A stretch of DNA of 64,000 nt from Ylistrum balloti (lineage: Eukaryota). Positions 47,816-61,080 of this stretch are shown in pieces. Numbering within the stretch: position 1 is the first letter of the stretch; each line of letters starts with the position of its first letter. The DNA lies in NCBI RefSeq assembly GCF_031769215.1, contig NW_026782376.1:372001-436000 (forward strand), in the 5' to 3' direction. The translations under genes and the position numbers were made by a program. Under the pieces are notes generated by a model. It was not told the origin of the DNA. It saw nothing but the letters and a program-made list of their open reading frames with translations, and did no database searches.

Positions 47816-50800
47816 AAACATCCATGACATCAAAATAGATGATAGTGTCCTAAAATAGAACCTTTTTATACTTAAACTTTTACCTACGAATACCAATGAT
47901 ATCCCTCACTGTTGCAGCCGTAGACCGTTTCCTAATTTTCTGCACGGTGGTAGTAGTTCGTGGGCTTTCGAACATCAATGGCATTTTTGTCGGTGTGTAC
48001 AACAATAACCGTTATTAGTATATCGACAGTGCAAGTGCATTGATGATTTTAAGAGGCGTTGCATAACAGTTCAGCATTGATTGCCAAATTTTCACCGGGA
48101 GCCTTGTTGTACTTTGACAGGCTGTGCTTATAAACCGACCCACGCGGAATTTAAACCCACGTTCAACTTGCAAAAACAACTGTTCTCAGTTACGTCATAA
48201 CTGATGGGGCGTGAGTTGAATTGGCATGTATCGAGGAATGGTGCCATTTTTGCATGTTTACAGCAAAAAGGGATTAAAATGTCGTTTTATCAGTTAATAA
48301 TTACCTGATTATGGATGTCGCATCTTTAAAGTGATGCGTAGATTTGTTAACATAAGCCACCGCCTCTTGTATTTGTTGAACTTGTGATTGATATAGACAA
48401 CTTCTATTAGAATCACTGTCGAACACTCTTTGATAAAACTGCAATCTTCAAATTATAAAAGAGTATGTTTTTTGTACAGATAAGTTGTAAACATCTTGGT
48501 ATGATGGATACCGGAAATGGTCTTTACACGCAATGTTAGACAATGATTCCTGTAGTATGAATATTTCCGTCAACAGCAATGTCTCTGATAAGAGAGTAGA
48601 CTGCTGAATATTGATCGCTCTCTGGTCAATACAAAGTCTTATCCCAGTGTACACTAGGTTATTGCAATGTCATCTTGATCTCTATCAGGCAACAAAAACC
48701 TATTTTCCGCAAAAGCCGACCCTAAATTAGATTATTTTGGGTGTCCATGTTAAATAACCGGAAGTTTCATTTTCTTGGTAGCGATCGAAATGTATTGATC
48801 TGGTTCAAAGTCCATTGCACTTCTGATAAAAAAAGTAAAAGAAAGAAACGCACACATTTTTCCTATAGGAAAATTTAGTTCGTTTCAGAATGTCAATAAA
48901 CCGAAAAACATCCAATATAATTTGTGACATATACAAGTCGTACGGCAGTGATAACTATCTGTTAGAATACTAAATCATGATTTCCCATCAAATGTTCTGG
49001 ATGAAATAAGATTATAGACCAATGTTGGTACATGTCTGGAAGCAGCCTCTTCTGTGAGCAACGGGATAACGATATGTTCCGGTGAAAGGAAAGACGTCTT
49101 TCATAGTTAGTCGAATTCATGCTAGATGTCAATCACTCAGAGCAAACGACGTATTGTATTTAGAGTAAATCGCCTTTTCTGTTACCTTGTCTTTCTAAGT
49201 TACATTCACTGCCTGAACTTATTGATCTATTCAGACAGATACTACGTATCAATGTTATGTTCGTTGACACAAAGGAAATTTTGTAAAAGAAAACAATAAT
49301 GGAATATATCATGATGAAGCGGTGAATGTTGGAATTGAAATGAAAACTATGCTGAATTCTACGAAAGTTTAGAAATATTATACACAAATGTACATGTAGT
49401 ATGAGGTTTATAAACCATGTAAACAGAGGCAAGAAGTTGATGATTGAACACACATCAATATATGTTTAATTCAGTTATGATGGCTATGGTACTATAACTT
49501 TCCCTAACATTATCTAACTCGAAAGGTCGAACTAATTATTTCTATTTTCTGACCAAGTTTTATTGAATTGTGTTGACCTGATAGGTGACATCATTTTTCC
49601 TTGCAATAAGACATGGACGTCTGTGATATGTCTTGTCGAAGTGTTGGTATATATAGATATAGATACATAATCAGCATTCATTATACGTTGTTTATATTTA
49701 TAAGAACATAACAAAATATATGATATTTCATAATGATCATCAATGCTTTATTCTACTTATTAGTTTGCTGATGTTGATGGAAGCACTCATGATTTAATAT
49801 AAATATATTGCTTTTTACGCAAGGAACGTAAAACCGGCAGACAATCAACACTTGAAGAACATCCGATACAATTTCTACATCCATCCATGTTATCCCCTGT
49901 TATGCTCCAAAGATCCGGCTGCTAAAACACATAAATTTCCTCATCCGCAGTAAACATACACATAAACAACAACACTAAAATGGCTAATTAATACGGAGAG
50001 GCTAATAAATATCGAAATTTCTGAGGAACGCATAAATATCATTAAAATTAATGGTGAATACTCCAAACGGTCCATTGAGGTGATGGCCATATTCCAACGC
50101 CTGTGTTCATAGTGTTGTTGAATGTAAGTGCTATTATACGGAGCACACAAACGTTAGGTTACCGAGGCGTGTCGATAGTTCGTCACTACGCATGTCTACA
50201 TATACCACCTTATACAAAGAATCAATACAAGATGAAAAGACCTAGTCACGAAGTATTACTTTCAACTCCCTTATGGCTCCCTTTGGAACAGACCGTATAT
50301 AATCAGTTATGTATGATTGATGGAGATGATGAATTGCATGGCATGACCTTGAGTGGATATGTGTAAATGCAAGATAGGTATTTCTAGTGTTCAGAAGCCC
50401 AGTGTTGATCATCTTGGACTCCCCTTAACGAACCAACTGATGCTTAATATGTGTGTACATTACGTGATACACAATGTATCTGTTCATGGTTATACTATCA
50501 CGCCATGGTTTCCAAAACAAATACGATTGTTACAATAATGGGAAATTTAGACTGAGAGTTTAAGGTTTTCTATAATCAGGTTAGCTATCTCTGTTAGATT
50601 CGGCTTTGTTGGGTAGAATTGGAGATTAAGTTTCTCGGTTCAACAACCGAATAAGATTGACTGAAGCATTGGTGTCATTTTAGTTCAATATTTCGTTGTA
50701 ATGGAAGTATCCAGTAAAATTTCAATTGCCTATTCTGGTATTCGCTATTTCAGTAACTTCACTGACCTTTTAATTGCCCTTCTTTGTGATTGACTTTGAA

Positions 50801-51884
50801 AAGATCAAGCAAAAGTTAATATAAACACTCCGGATTGGGGTCTTGACTATGTGAAGAGCGCCTTGAGTAGATCTCCCACAGAGAATTACAACACCGAAAC
50901 AATGGACCACCGTTGAGATATTGATTGTGGCCGTTTGTGAATAGACGGTATCAATGAAATGACTTAGATTGGAATCGGAGCTCCTGTGATATATGAAGAA
51001 TTATGTGCTTTGTTTCGAGAGGACCTTTCCGTGTCAGTGGGTTGTTCAGGAGTGGTGAGTGGCTGAGCTTCCTTGCAATGTTCACAAATATCCCGTAAGT
51101 TTGAAGGACATTCCTGACATTGATGGTCTCGTTTAAGTGACGTACTGATATTTCGAAATGAAGTAATCTCTTTACATCAAAACCATCCCATGTAAATTGT
51201 CTGCGCCTTCCAACTGTATGTCGTTACGGTTTCCGGGGAAACTTTTACCATGACCTCGGGATCTCATTAACCATGTGTGGTAATGAAAGAGAGAAAGAGT
51301 CACGTGATCAAAAAGTTAATATCAAATTAAAGCTACAAAAGGCCCAATGAAAATTGTACGAACTGGCTTGATCAAAGAGATCTTGTAATGAAAATTGGAA
51401 CCCTTTTGTATAACATTTATGATAGCAATGAACATCTCTGCTATAGTTAAATTAATGCATTCGGTGTGTATATGATTCATTGCAATTCAGCCGTTCTGTT
51501 CTTGATGGAGAGGAAACAAATCTATAATGATATGATACACTGTATGTAATCATTGCGAGCTTTATTTGGTGTAACTAATAACGATAAACATATCATATCA
51601 ACCGGGTATGGTATTTGATAAATATCCTGCTCTTGCTAAACTAAAACAGTTTTTAAAAAAAACCCAGACACATTGTCATGCATAAACTGTGCTCTGATAC
51701 GAAACCGGCATTGTTATGACATCGCCAATTTCTTCGGGTTGTTTCAGACTCGTTCATGTGTAAAACCTCATCATAGTTCTCTGGGGGCAAACTACTCTTA
51801 GTTTTGTTATCAAAATGAAAGATGTAAATTAAGGCCATGATAACATGATTATAACTTGGCAATCCAACTTAAACCATCCACGTA

Positions 51885-52224
51885 CGAAGGATGATTGGTA
51901 GTTGTGAGACCGTTCAGAAAGTCCTCCACTGCATGTATGATTTCAGTATGACTGCAGCATATGAAGGTGCATCATTCCCTAGCGTTGCTATGGATATCTT
52001 AAACCTTTCTCATGCAAGTATTGAATATCTGCTCTTTCAGCGATTTTGTATATTTTGCAAAAGATTCTTGCCTTGTTTACTTTAGACTGCTATCTCTTCA
52101 ACATAAACTGACCAAATGACACCAGTCTTTGGGTACACAGCCTTAGACAGTCAGGGAATAGTAGAGCTGAAAAATGACATTCCTACCTAACTTCTTCAAT
52201 ACAAGGCTCACAACATATCCCTCG
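51885..52224 (-). mobile_element. 340-bp internally deleted mariner element with both TIRs and TA TSDs
   Basis: Ends TA|cgagggata-tgttgtgag (minus strand, from 52224) and TA|cgaaggatgattggtagttgtgag (from 51885). Internal KIAERADIQYLHEKGL and IATLGNDAPSYAAV (N-terminal HTH) are fused directly to EIIHAVEDFLNG (C-terminus). Confidence 0.85.
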
Positions 52225-54846
52225 TATAATTAATATTGACCCTTGAAAAATCGTCGTCTTTCCTTACTCCTAGATTTTCCCTACAGTCCCTGCCGAAGAC
52301 TTTTGATGGTTTTCTTTCTTTGACACCGATAATGTTGACTATGTATTTGGATATAATCTGCTGAAGTACGTTACGAACGGCAAAAGGCTATATTGAAACC
52401 TAATGTTAGGAAGCGAAAATTCGCTATATGATATTAATCACAAAAAGGAAGACTGCGTGACGTGAAACATACACTTGTGCCTCGTAAAGCGGAATTATTG
52501 ACGTGTTCCCAGCAGTAGGTCTTACTTTGACACGAGCTTTAAATTCCTGTGAGACTTAATAAGTACCCATATCTAATGATCAACAGCCACGGTGTTCGGC
52601 TGTACAAGATTACCTAGGTAATGCAACGGCACGACACGAGAACGGATTTTCAAATTACGTCTTCATTTGCAAAGATAAGTTTGTGGAATTCCTCCTCCCG
52701 CCAATAAAGAGAGTTAAGTCGTCTGACTAATGATGTTTTAAGTATCATTAAACAGGCAATTTATCGTTACCTTCTCGATTCTCACATTACGTAATCGAAG
52801 TCATCAAAACGTATAAGTTCGTCATGCCGTAATATCATGATGGAAAGGTATTTAAGCACGCAACATGCTTTCTAGGTTAGAAAGACAATGACAATGTTTT
52901 TTAATTACCTAAAACTTTTATTTCGCATATTCCAATAAAACGCTATTAAAACAGTTAAACATTATCAAATTAAGTCATCAATAAGTCAACATGGAGTAAT
53001 ACTTTTAAAAATTACAAGCCTTGATGAAATTTTCTTGCATGAAGTGATATAGATGTATACATATGTATCCGGGAGGGACGTATCACGGTATTGAGATAAC
53101 GCTACGGTAAGAATACCATTCGTCAAGTTATATATGGACATTTCGTAATCGTTCATTTCGTCGATTTGTGATAAAATCATTTCAAATTAGGTATAACTTG
53201 ACATCAGACTAGGCCAATTAAACACTGAAACTATATACAAAACAAAACTAACAAAAATAGAATGTAATGAAATAAAACTCTAAAGCCACGAATTTCCTGA
53301 CTTAGAGGTAGCTGTTATGTATACCATATTTACTTCGAGCTAACCGTCTTAACGGCATAATTACGGTAGTCCTAAACGAGTAGACATCAAAAGTTTAAAA
53401 ACAATTTTGTCATTGAAATTTCTTTACAATATTTACAACTTGTATTTTCAATCATATATGCTCTTTTTTACCAACAATATAGGCACTACCAGTTCTGTTT
53501 TCAACTTGTAACAGTGTCTATACAAAACGTGAAGTATTCATTAGCTTTGCACATTAAGAGATACGGGTGCTCAACACTAAGTAACAGAGTCAAAAACAAA
53601 TGTTTTTGAAGAGAAAATAATGGATATTGGATGCTCATTAAATGTTAAGTAAAGCCTAAAAAGGTTAAAGGAGACAAACGCGCTCTGCTGGACAAGAAAG
53701 TTATAAAATAAACGTCAACCATAAGCATTTTATCATTTATATTGATACTATATATTGAGACTATTTCATTACACAGCGCGTGAATCAGTCTGGAATAGAA
53801 ATCGCTATTTTTTTTAACATCATCTTCTGGTCGTTTGGGTGATTTGCTTACGAATAGTTTTGTTGTCAATGGGAATATTCCTTGCTTAGTTCAATACAAA
53901 GAAGAGGTGGAATATGTCATTTTCATTGATGCAGAAGGTCTGCACTTAACACGTTATGTCTAATTGCAATGTATATATAGAGTTCCACAGATTTCTATAT
54001 ATAACAAATTGACCACTGACCTTTGGAAAACCTTTTGCCTTTTCCTTATTCTTTATTCTTTCGTTTCATTCATAATTCAAACCCTTGATAGGTTCTGCTT
54101 GCCTTCCACGCCATGCATCCTTAAAGACCGCCATACAATTCTATATTTACCACAAGAGTCACGACGAGGTTTAGATTGGAACAGACGGTCATGTTATATA
54201 TAAAGTATAAACTGGTTTAAAATATAAGTTGGTAAGCTCTAACACGATGGTTTTGTTTGTTTTGCAATATAGATAGATGATGTCTATCAATTATACCTTA
54301 AGTCTTTACAAAGACTAAGTATTAAGTAATATAGCTATTATGTAGAGAACATTTACTTGGTATTGTTGTTAAAATCTTGATTCCCAATAATATGTGTTTT
54401 GACATTGTCAACTTTTTGATGTCTCGCTGCTGTTGCTCAAAAGTAAGTTATTGTTAACAAATAGTTAATGAAAATTAAATTGTTGCCACAGAAAAAACAA
54501 GGCCAAATTAATGCTCAATATATATGTATATGTCCTGTCTCAGCAACCTACACCTGTGCAATGATAAAGAATGGTCTTATTTAATTCGTGACTTAATAAG
54601 TTTTACTAACCACTGGTAGTCTCCAACAGGTCTCCCAGCAGTGGGGGCCAGATGGTCTTAATGTTGTGATTAAGGTAACGATGCTTTCAAATTTGCAGAA
54701 TGGGCTTCGCGGTCCCCTATAACGACAACTCCAAACTAATTTCATTTTATTGTTTAAAGATGCTACCAGAAAAAAGAAATGCTGTAATATAACTTTTAAC
54801 CAAGTGGACGAAATTTTATCAGGTTTGACACTGAGCTACTTCCGTG

Positions 54847-55652
54847 CAATGTGAAAATGTTCTTCAATTACATTCTGTCGACCGTGGTCACGCTCGACGC
54901 TGCATGCTTTCAACAGATTTTTCAAGAAAGACAGCATCCGGGGTACTCCTACACCATATGTGCTGGTTAATCATTTTAAATCGAATATTGAAACATTGAA
55001 GCTACTGATTCGGGGGAGGATCTGTAATGGTTTGGGCAGGGATAGCCCAAAGGCGTGAAAACACCTCCCGTGGTAATCCATGACAATTTTACACCGGTAA
55101 GAGGTCTTGAGACAACACGTCCTTCCTTTTATCCATCAGTGTAACATTGTGTTGCAGCAGGTCAACACAAGCCCCACTTTGCTTACGTTTGTCGTCAATT
55201 TCTAGCTCAAAGCAACGGCCCTGTTCTTGATTAGCCACCATACAGTCCAGATTTGTCCCAAATCGAGCAATTCTGGGTCGAAATGGAAAGGAGGGTTAGG
55301 AAGCGCGTCAACGCCCCATATAAGGTCTCTCAGCTCACATAAGTCCTTATTCAGGAGTCCTCTCAAAAGAACAAACACCTTGATGATGTCACTGTCAGGA
55401 GAGAAAGAGCAGCAACTGAAGCCTGGGGTGGGCACATGTACTACTGATTTGGATCAGGAAACGGCGCAGGGTACCCTTGTTTTAAACTTCACGCAAACAC
55501 CGTCTGTGATGGAACAGCACAAACCATCAAAATATAATCAGTGATGATGAAATAATCGAGAAACCGAAACAATGAACTAATAATCAATTAGTAATGTAAA
55601 ATAATAACTATCGAAATTAAACTTGCGTTTATTTTTTTCCCGCCGGTTTATA
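54847..55652 (+). mobile_element. Degenerate Tc1 (DD34E) element: transposase catalytic/C-terminal region and right end
   Basis: FGGGSVMVWAGI; KTPPVVIHDN; EVLRQHVLPF; LQQVN..PH; D*PPYSPDLSQIEQFW..MERRVR; GGHMYY* (stop ends at 55447). 34 residues between the second catalytic position and E. Right end ttgcgtttatttttttc..ta. Confidence 0.88.
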
Positions 55653-56177
55653 TGTTTATACTGTTTAGTAAAGATGTGTCACATAGTATGCATGTGTGAA
55701 CAGTACATTAACACACCTATCCACTTACGTGCAAATCACTTCCGTCTAATAGCATAGTAGAAACAGTCAATTTTAACTTTATATCTTAAGATATGGTTAC
55801 TAATTAGACAATGTTTGCGTCATCTAAATAAAGTCAATACCATACGATACATTCTCTGAGACTAATCTTTGTTTGCTGTTGACACAAGAAATATATTCAA
55901 TTTGTGCTGCTCTCTTCCATATATTGAATAATCACATACTCTTCTTTGATATTGTTCTCTTCAGTACATATGACATGTAATTTCTTTTTATGATTTATTG
56001 GCATGCCATGAGGCGATAGATTTAAAATTAATTAGTAAAATCTGATTTTGTATTGTGACCGGCCGTCACTATTGGTGATGCAGTTCTAATTATTAATCCG
56101 TTCACGCTGATTTCCCATGGCTTCAGATTCAAATTCAGTTCAGTATAGTGATTGTCATGCTAATGACTCCTTTGCAT

Positions 56178-56232
56178 TAAAAAAATTAAAAAAAAAAAAA
56201 AAATAAATAAAAAAAAATAAAAAATAAAAAAA
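56178..56232. repeat. A-rich tract
   Basis: Poly-A with T interruptions. Confidence 0.85.
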
Positions 56233-59200
56233 CGAACAAGCAAAGGTCACATGCCCTGGTGCTTTTTAAAGCAGTCAAGACTGATATTGGAGCGGATTTG
56301 TCAATTCACACATTCGGCATATTTGTATTGAAGCAATCACCATGCTCTGCAAAAGAAAGGCGTATTATGTTTTGTATGTTAAGGTAGTGATTGTATATGT
56401 ATACCTTTTTGTATACCTTAAGTGTTATATGTTGATACTGATAAGTATGCTGCTATGAAAAACTTAAAGAAGTGGCTTTGAGGGAACTGTTTATAAACAC
56501 AAAATCGATTAAGGCTCACAGGTGACATTTTTAATATCACACTCTTGTTTTTTTGGCGAATGCTGGTAGTTGTAGTGGTGTTTTTTCGTGATGCCAGTTG
56601 GTTTTGTTATTAATGCTGTAGTGTATATATTTTTTCTCCGTTTGTTCGACCGAATGCTTTTGCAAAGTATCCTTTGAAAATATGAATAAAAGCATTTAAT
56701 GATTTTCATGTAGTCACAGTTGGTTCTTATAACACCGTTGTCTAGAAGATTTTTAACCTACAACCTTACAACACTAGGATTCACAGATAAGCCATTTAAG
56801 ATATTGGTTTTATACTTGTGGGTAACCCTGCGTAATTTGTATGTGTTAAGTGACCGGTGCCCCTTAGATGGACAATTACGTCCAATCATTCCCGCGATTG
56901 AGATGAATCCAGTATGGACTGCAAATAATACGATTGGATGTTTTCCTGATCGATATCAAGGCCTCAGTAGAAAGTGCACAACATGAAATACAAGACGATT
57001 ACCTAGAACAAACTTCACAATGTTGATGGCCTATTTGATTGATGCAGCGTGATATGGAGGTCAGTAGCAATCGGTATTTGTAATTATTAAGGTACAAATA
57101 AGGTGTCCAGCAGTTCAAGGTCATCACTTCTATGACATCTTCCACCAAAAAAAATCACTTCAAGCGTATAGTCACTAGAGACGTACAGTCACCAGAGGCG
57201 AGATGAGGTGAAGGGAAAGCGGTTGTTCTATCGCCTTTAGAAATTAGGATCATGTTGCTTGTACTTCATCATGGTGTTTCCTGATGAATTTTTGAATACC
57301 ACATCTTTCAAAATCTCTATCCACTAACATAATATATATCAAACATATTTCAAATTACTGCAGTGTAGTTATCTATTCTATATATTACACAACACGATTA
57401 TTTTAACACTTGTGTTTTCAATGTGTTCAGCATGACAATACATTGCACGTCACACCATTTATCATGGACAATTGCGAATGCTGTTGTAAAACGTCTGCAG
57501 GTATACAACATGTGTCATTGTAGCTTGACCTGCAATTTAAACCTTAACGTAAATTCAATTGCATTAGAAAGGAAATTTTGATTCAAGATGAAAGAACTGA
57601 AGACGTCTCTCCTCAGTCATTGGAACTTTGTTGGCATCAAAATGGCGTGATTGAATGTATGCTGTTGGGGTTGTTGTATAGATTATGATTACTCGCTATC
57701 CCTTCAGTATAGTATGCGACGTCCTTAAATCAAAATCATTGACCCAGTAATACAATTCTTAAGATGACATAACTAAAAGTCAATTATCTTAATCTAGGTT
57801 GCACCAGTAACATTCGTAACAAATTATTTGTATCATGTTTTAAAAAGTTCAAGAATTTTAGTTTCGCTTTAAGCTCAAGTAATTGTAACTCTTTGGAATG
57901 TTTTGGATGTCTTAATATTCATTTCAAACGAGGGTTTGACATCGAAGATTCCATTTCAAACTAAATGCTCATTAAATCTTCACCAACAGTAATTAACGTT
58001 CGTTCACCAATGCCTAATTAATTGCTCTCTCCGATAATGGATGCTTGCGGTTGACGGTTTTCTAACACGATATGTACAGCAGAACAAATGCAAGCTAACA
58101 AAAGAAAGATTTCCAAGATGACATTTAAGGGCCATCTCAAAATTTCGACATTAAACGTGTACTGTACTGAAAGCATATAAGCCTAATAGACGACCCTTTT
58201 GAGATGAGTGTCTTGCAATTAAATACAACAAATCATCATGAGACGTTGTACTTTGTACCAAGTATTTCTTGTCATTACTTTGTCACGATGTGATTTTCCA
58301 CGGAGTTATGGGGGTGCAAAATGTATCACGTGATTTGTTTAAAGATTAAACACCTCACACACAATTGTAGCAATGGCGTGTTATTTGTGTCATATGACTG
58401 CAATCACGTGTGAAACTTTCAAGATTTGACAATTTGTTACTTAACGAGTTGTACTGGTTTTGAACTAGCAGCAAAATTCCATATAATTATACAATGTGGA
58501 ATATGAGTGCTAATTGATCAATTCGAGCGCGAAACAATTGTTATGTTTTTTTGTTTTGTTTTTGTACTTCTGTGTCATTCCTTTGTCCGGTACTTGCCAC
58601 GGCACCTATTTTGACATGTGAATATTTACTTGTGAATGAAATGAAGTTTTATGTCATGCAATCATGCAATCATGAAACACCATTAACTCATCAAATATTT
58701 AACTGAAATTCAATTCTGATGATGGCTATTTTAAGACAAGCAATTTCAACCTGTCTCTTTTTCCTCCAAACTTACACAATGTAATTACGTCATTTCCGAG
58801 AGGTTAACAAATTCTGATTGGTTGGAATTTCTTTAAATGAATTATGTTTACTGTCACTTGTTGTACTTCTGTGCAGTTCAAGCAAAGTACATGAGGTGAC
58901 TCTGGCATGTTTTGTCCTTATCCTGACAAAACCCAGATGCCTGTACACAATTTGTCCTTATAGAGTATAACCCATTGATATGTTGTTTCTAGATATAACG
59001 TTTGTGTATTTCCAGGAGACAAACTTACATTTTTTGTGGCATTGCAATGATGGTGAGAGTTATCTTGACTTGCCACTATGTATGTTACATTTTCTTCACT
59101 GCTCATTCAGTTTCTATAAATATTTATAAGGTCATACGACAGGCAAGTATTTTACATATGTTATGTATGTTTGCAGTCTTGGGATAGTTAAGACTACGGC

Positions 59201-60292
59201 AGAGGTAAATAAAAAAGTAAAGGTGGGGTGAGGGAACGGGAAAGAAGGAAATAAAAAAGAGAGAACAGACAGACACACAAACGGAGATGCTCAAACACTC
59301 ATTTCTTAGATCAAATATTTGATATTGCCATCTTCGGATATTGACGCCAAGCCAGGATCTAGCTCCCATTTGAATGAGTATCAATTATCTTTTTTATTTT
59401 TATCATTTATTTTTTTATTTTTCTAACCCGCGACACTACATATTGTATAGAACAAGTCACATAGGAAAAGCTGATATTCTTTATTGGTAAAATCAAGTTT
59501 GATAATCAGGAACGAGAAAGACAGACTCATTCCATACATCTCCCAGGCATGCGGCATGTCTGACTTGAGTGATGGGAACGGGGTTCTCTGAAGACAGTAT
59601 TGATTGGAATACACTTTAGATCCACAGGAGGCTTGCTTAATTACTCGACCTTGTGGTATACATGCGACATCGAAATCTTTTATGAATATTTCATCTTGAG
59701 ACACAATATACACACATCATACTCCTATATTAAACATGCTGTCTCATTTGCACTAAATAACTACTGGGAATTATGATAGTGTTCGCTCTTGTTGGAAAAT
59801 GTATACTAAAGGAAGACTGTTTGTTAAACAAGAACGGCAATACTGGGGTGTTTCAAAAGTGTTTTAACGTCTTTTATTTCAACACCATGAATGAAGAGTG
59901 ACATATTGTCTTGGTATGGGTCCTTCTGGTTCAGGTTCTAGTATTTTTCCAGGTAATGACTACAAAACGTTGACTTTCCGTCGTGCATTGCACTGTCGAA
60001 AGGTCCCTGTGATCTTGACCTTGATATCAGAGATCTAATAGATGTTTTCCAATTATTTCCTGACCTAGCGATAACTTTCCAATAGTTAATGAAAGCTGTT
60101 GTAGATCTTTACCATTCACAGACAAAATTTTGTGTTTTTTTTAACTGAATCATCTGAGTATTTGTTTTATTTTGCACAATATTAAGCATATGTATGTGTA
60201 TACTATAGTTATCAAAACAAAATCGATTTCTAGTTTAAACTGACGTTTTTAGGAGAACTTCTACACTCAATTTCAATTGTATCCTGTTGCAG

Positions 60293-60385
60293 AATACCAC
60301 ATAAAAGTAAAAGGATCAACAGGAGTAACACATGAAATAATGAAGTTTAACAACAGAATCACATTAAACTTTGAAAATGTAAACG
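60293..60385 (+). CDS. Candidate 93-nt symmetric phase-1 exon (EYHIKVKGSTGVTHEIMKFNNRITLNFENVN)
   Basis: Acceptor tatcctgttgcag|, donor CG|gtgagg, open frame lying within ORF 60277-60504. Confidence 0.3.
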
Positions 60386-61054
60386 GTGAGGTTAAATCAT
60401 TTTATGAGTCAAACAATAAGGTCTTTGGTCTTGCAGTATATACAAATTGGTATGGAAATCTTGGTGGCATTGTATGTATCATTGTTGATATTGTAGATAA
60501 ATAATATCTGTGCTATTACAGTCACATATGTTTCTGTTACTGTTCAGATTTCAAACTCCGGTGTCTATTCGCTTTTTCACATACTCTCCATATACTTAAT
60601 TAGGGAGGATATGCTGATCTTTTGCTGTTCGAATGCTCTACGAACACGCGGTATTAGATTACGATGTTTAAACTGATTAACTGTCAATGTTTTGAAGATA
60701 CATCGATATATTGTTTCGTTCTCAATGGGTCGAATTTCCTGTAATGCTTGTTGCACACATTTCGTAAATGACATGCTTCCGTTTTTAAAACGACATCACG
60801 TTAAAACGATTTATAAACGATTTTTATTTTATCATTGCACTTATACATCAAATGTTACCTCTTGTGTGAACAATGAAGATTTTCATTGAAACATGCACAT
60901 AAAGTAGTTAATTGATATTTTCAAAAAGGAAATCCTCTCACTGTACACGGTATTATATAGTTCTAACCTCAATCCATGTCTAGAGAGAAATCTAGATAGC
61001 TTTCTACACAGAAAAGGCATATTAATTAATTTTTATTTCTTTTCAATTTTACAG

Positions 61055-61080
61055 AAAATAAAGTCATCACATTGTTTTAG
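61055..61080 (+). CDS. Candidate terminal coding exon (ENKVITLF*) following 60293-60385
   Basis: Strong acceptor ttttatttcttttcaattttacag|; phase 1 is compatible with the upstream candidate exon. Confidence 0.2.

Noticed and set aside
48540-48650. NHL-repeat-like reading IRDIAVDGNI on the minus strand
   Set aside because: Short, flanked by stops, and no further repeats.
51075-51122. B-box-like CQECPSNLRDICEHC on the minus strand
   Set aside because: A key Cys position reads Arg, the His ligands do not fit, and there is no start or splice context.
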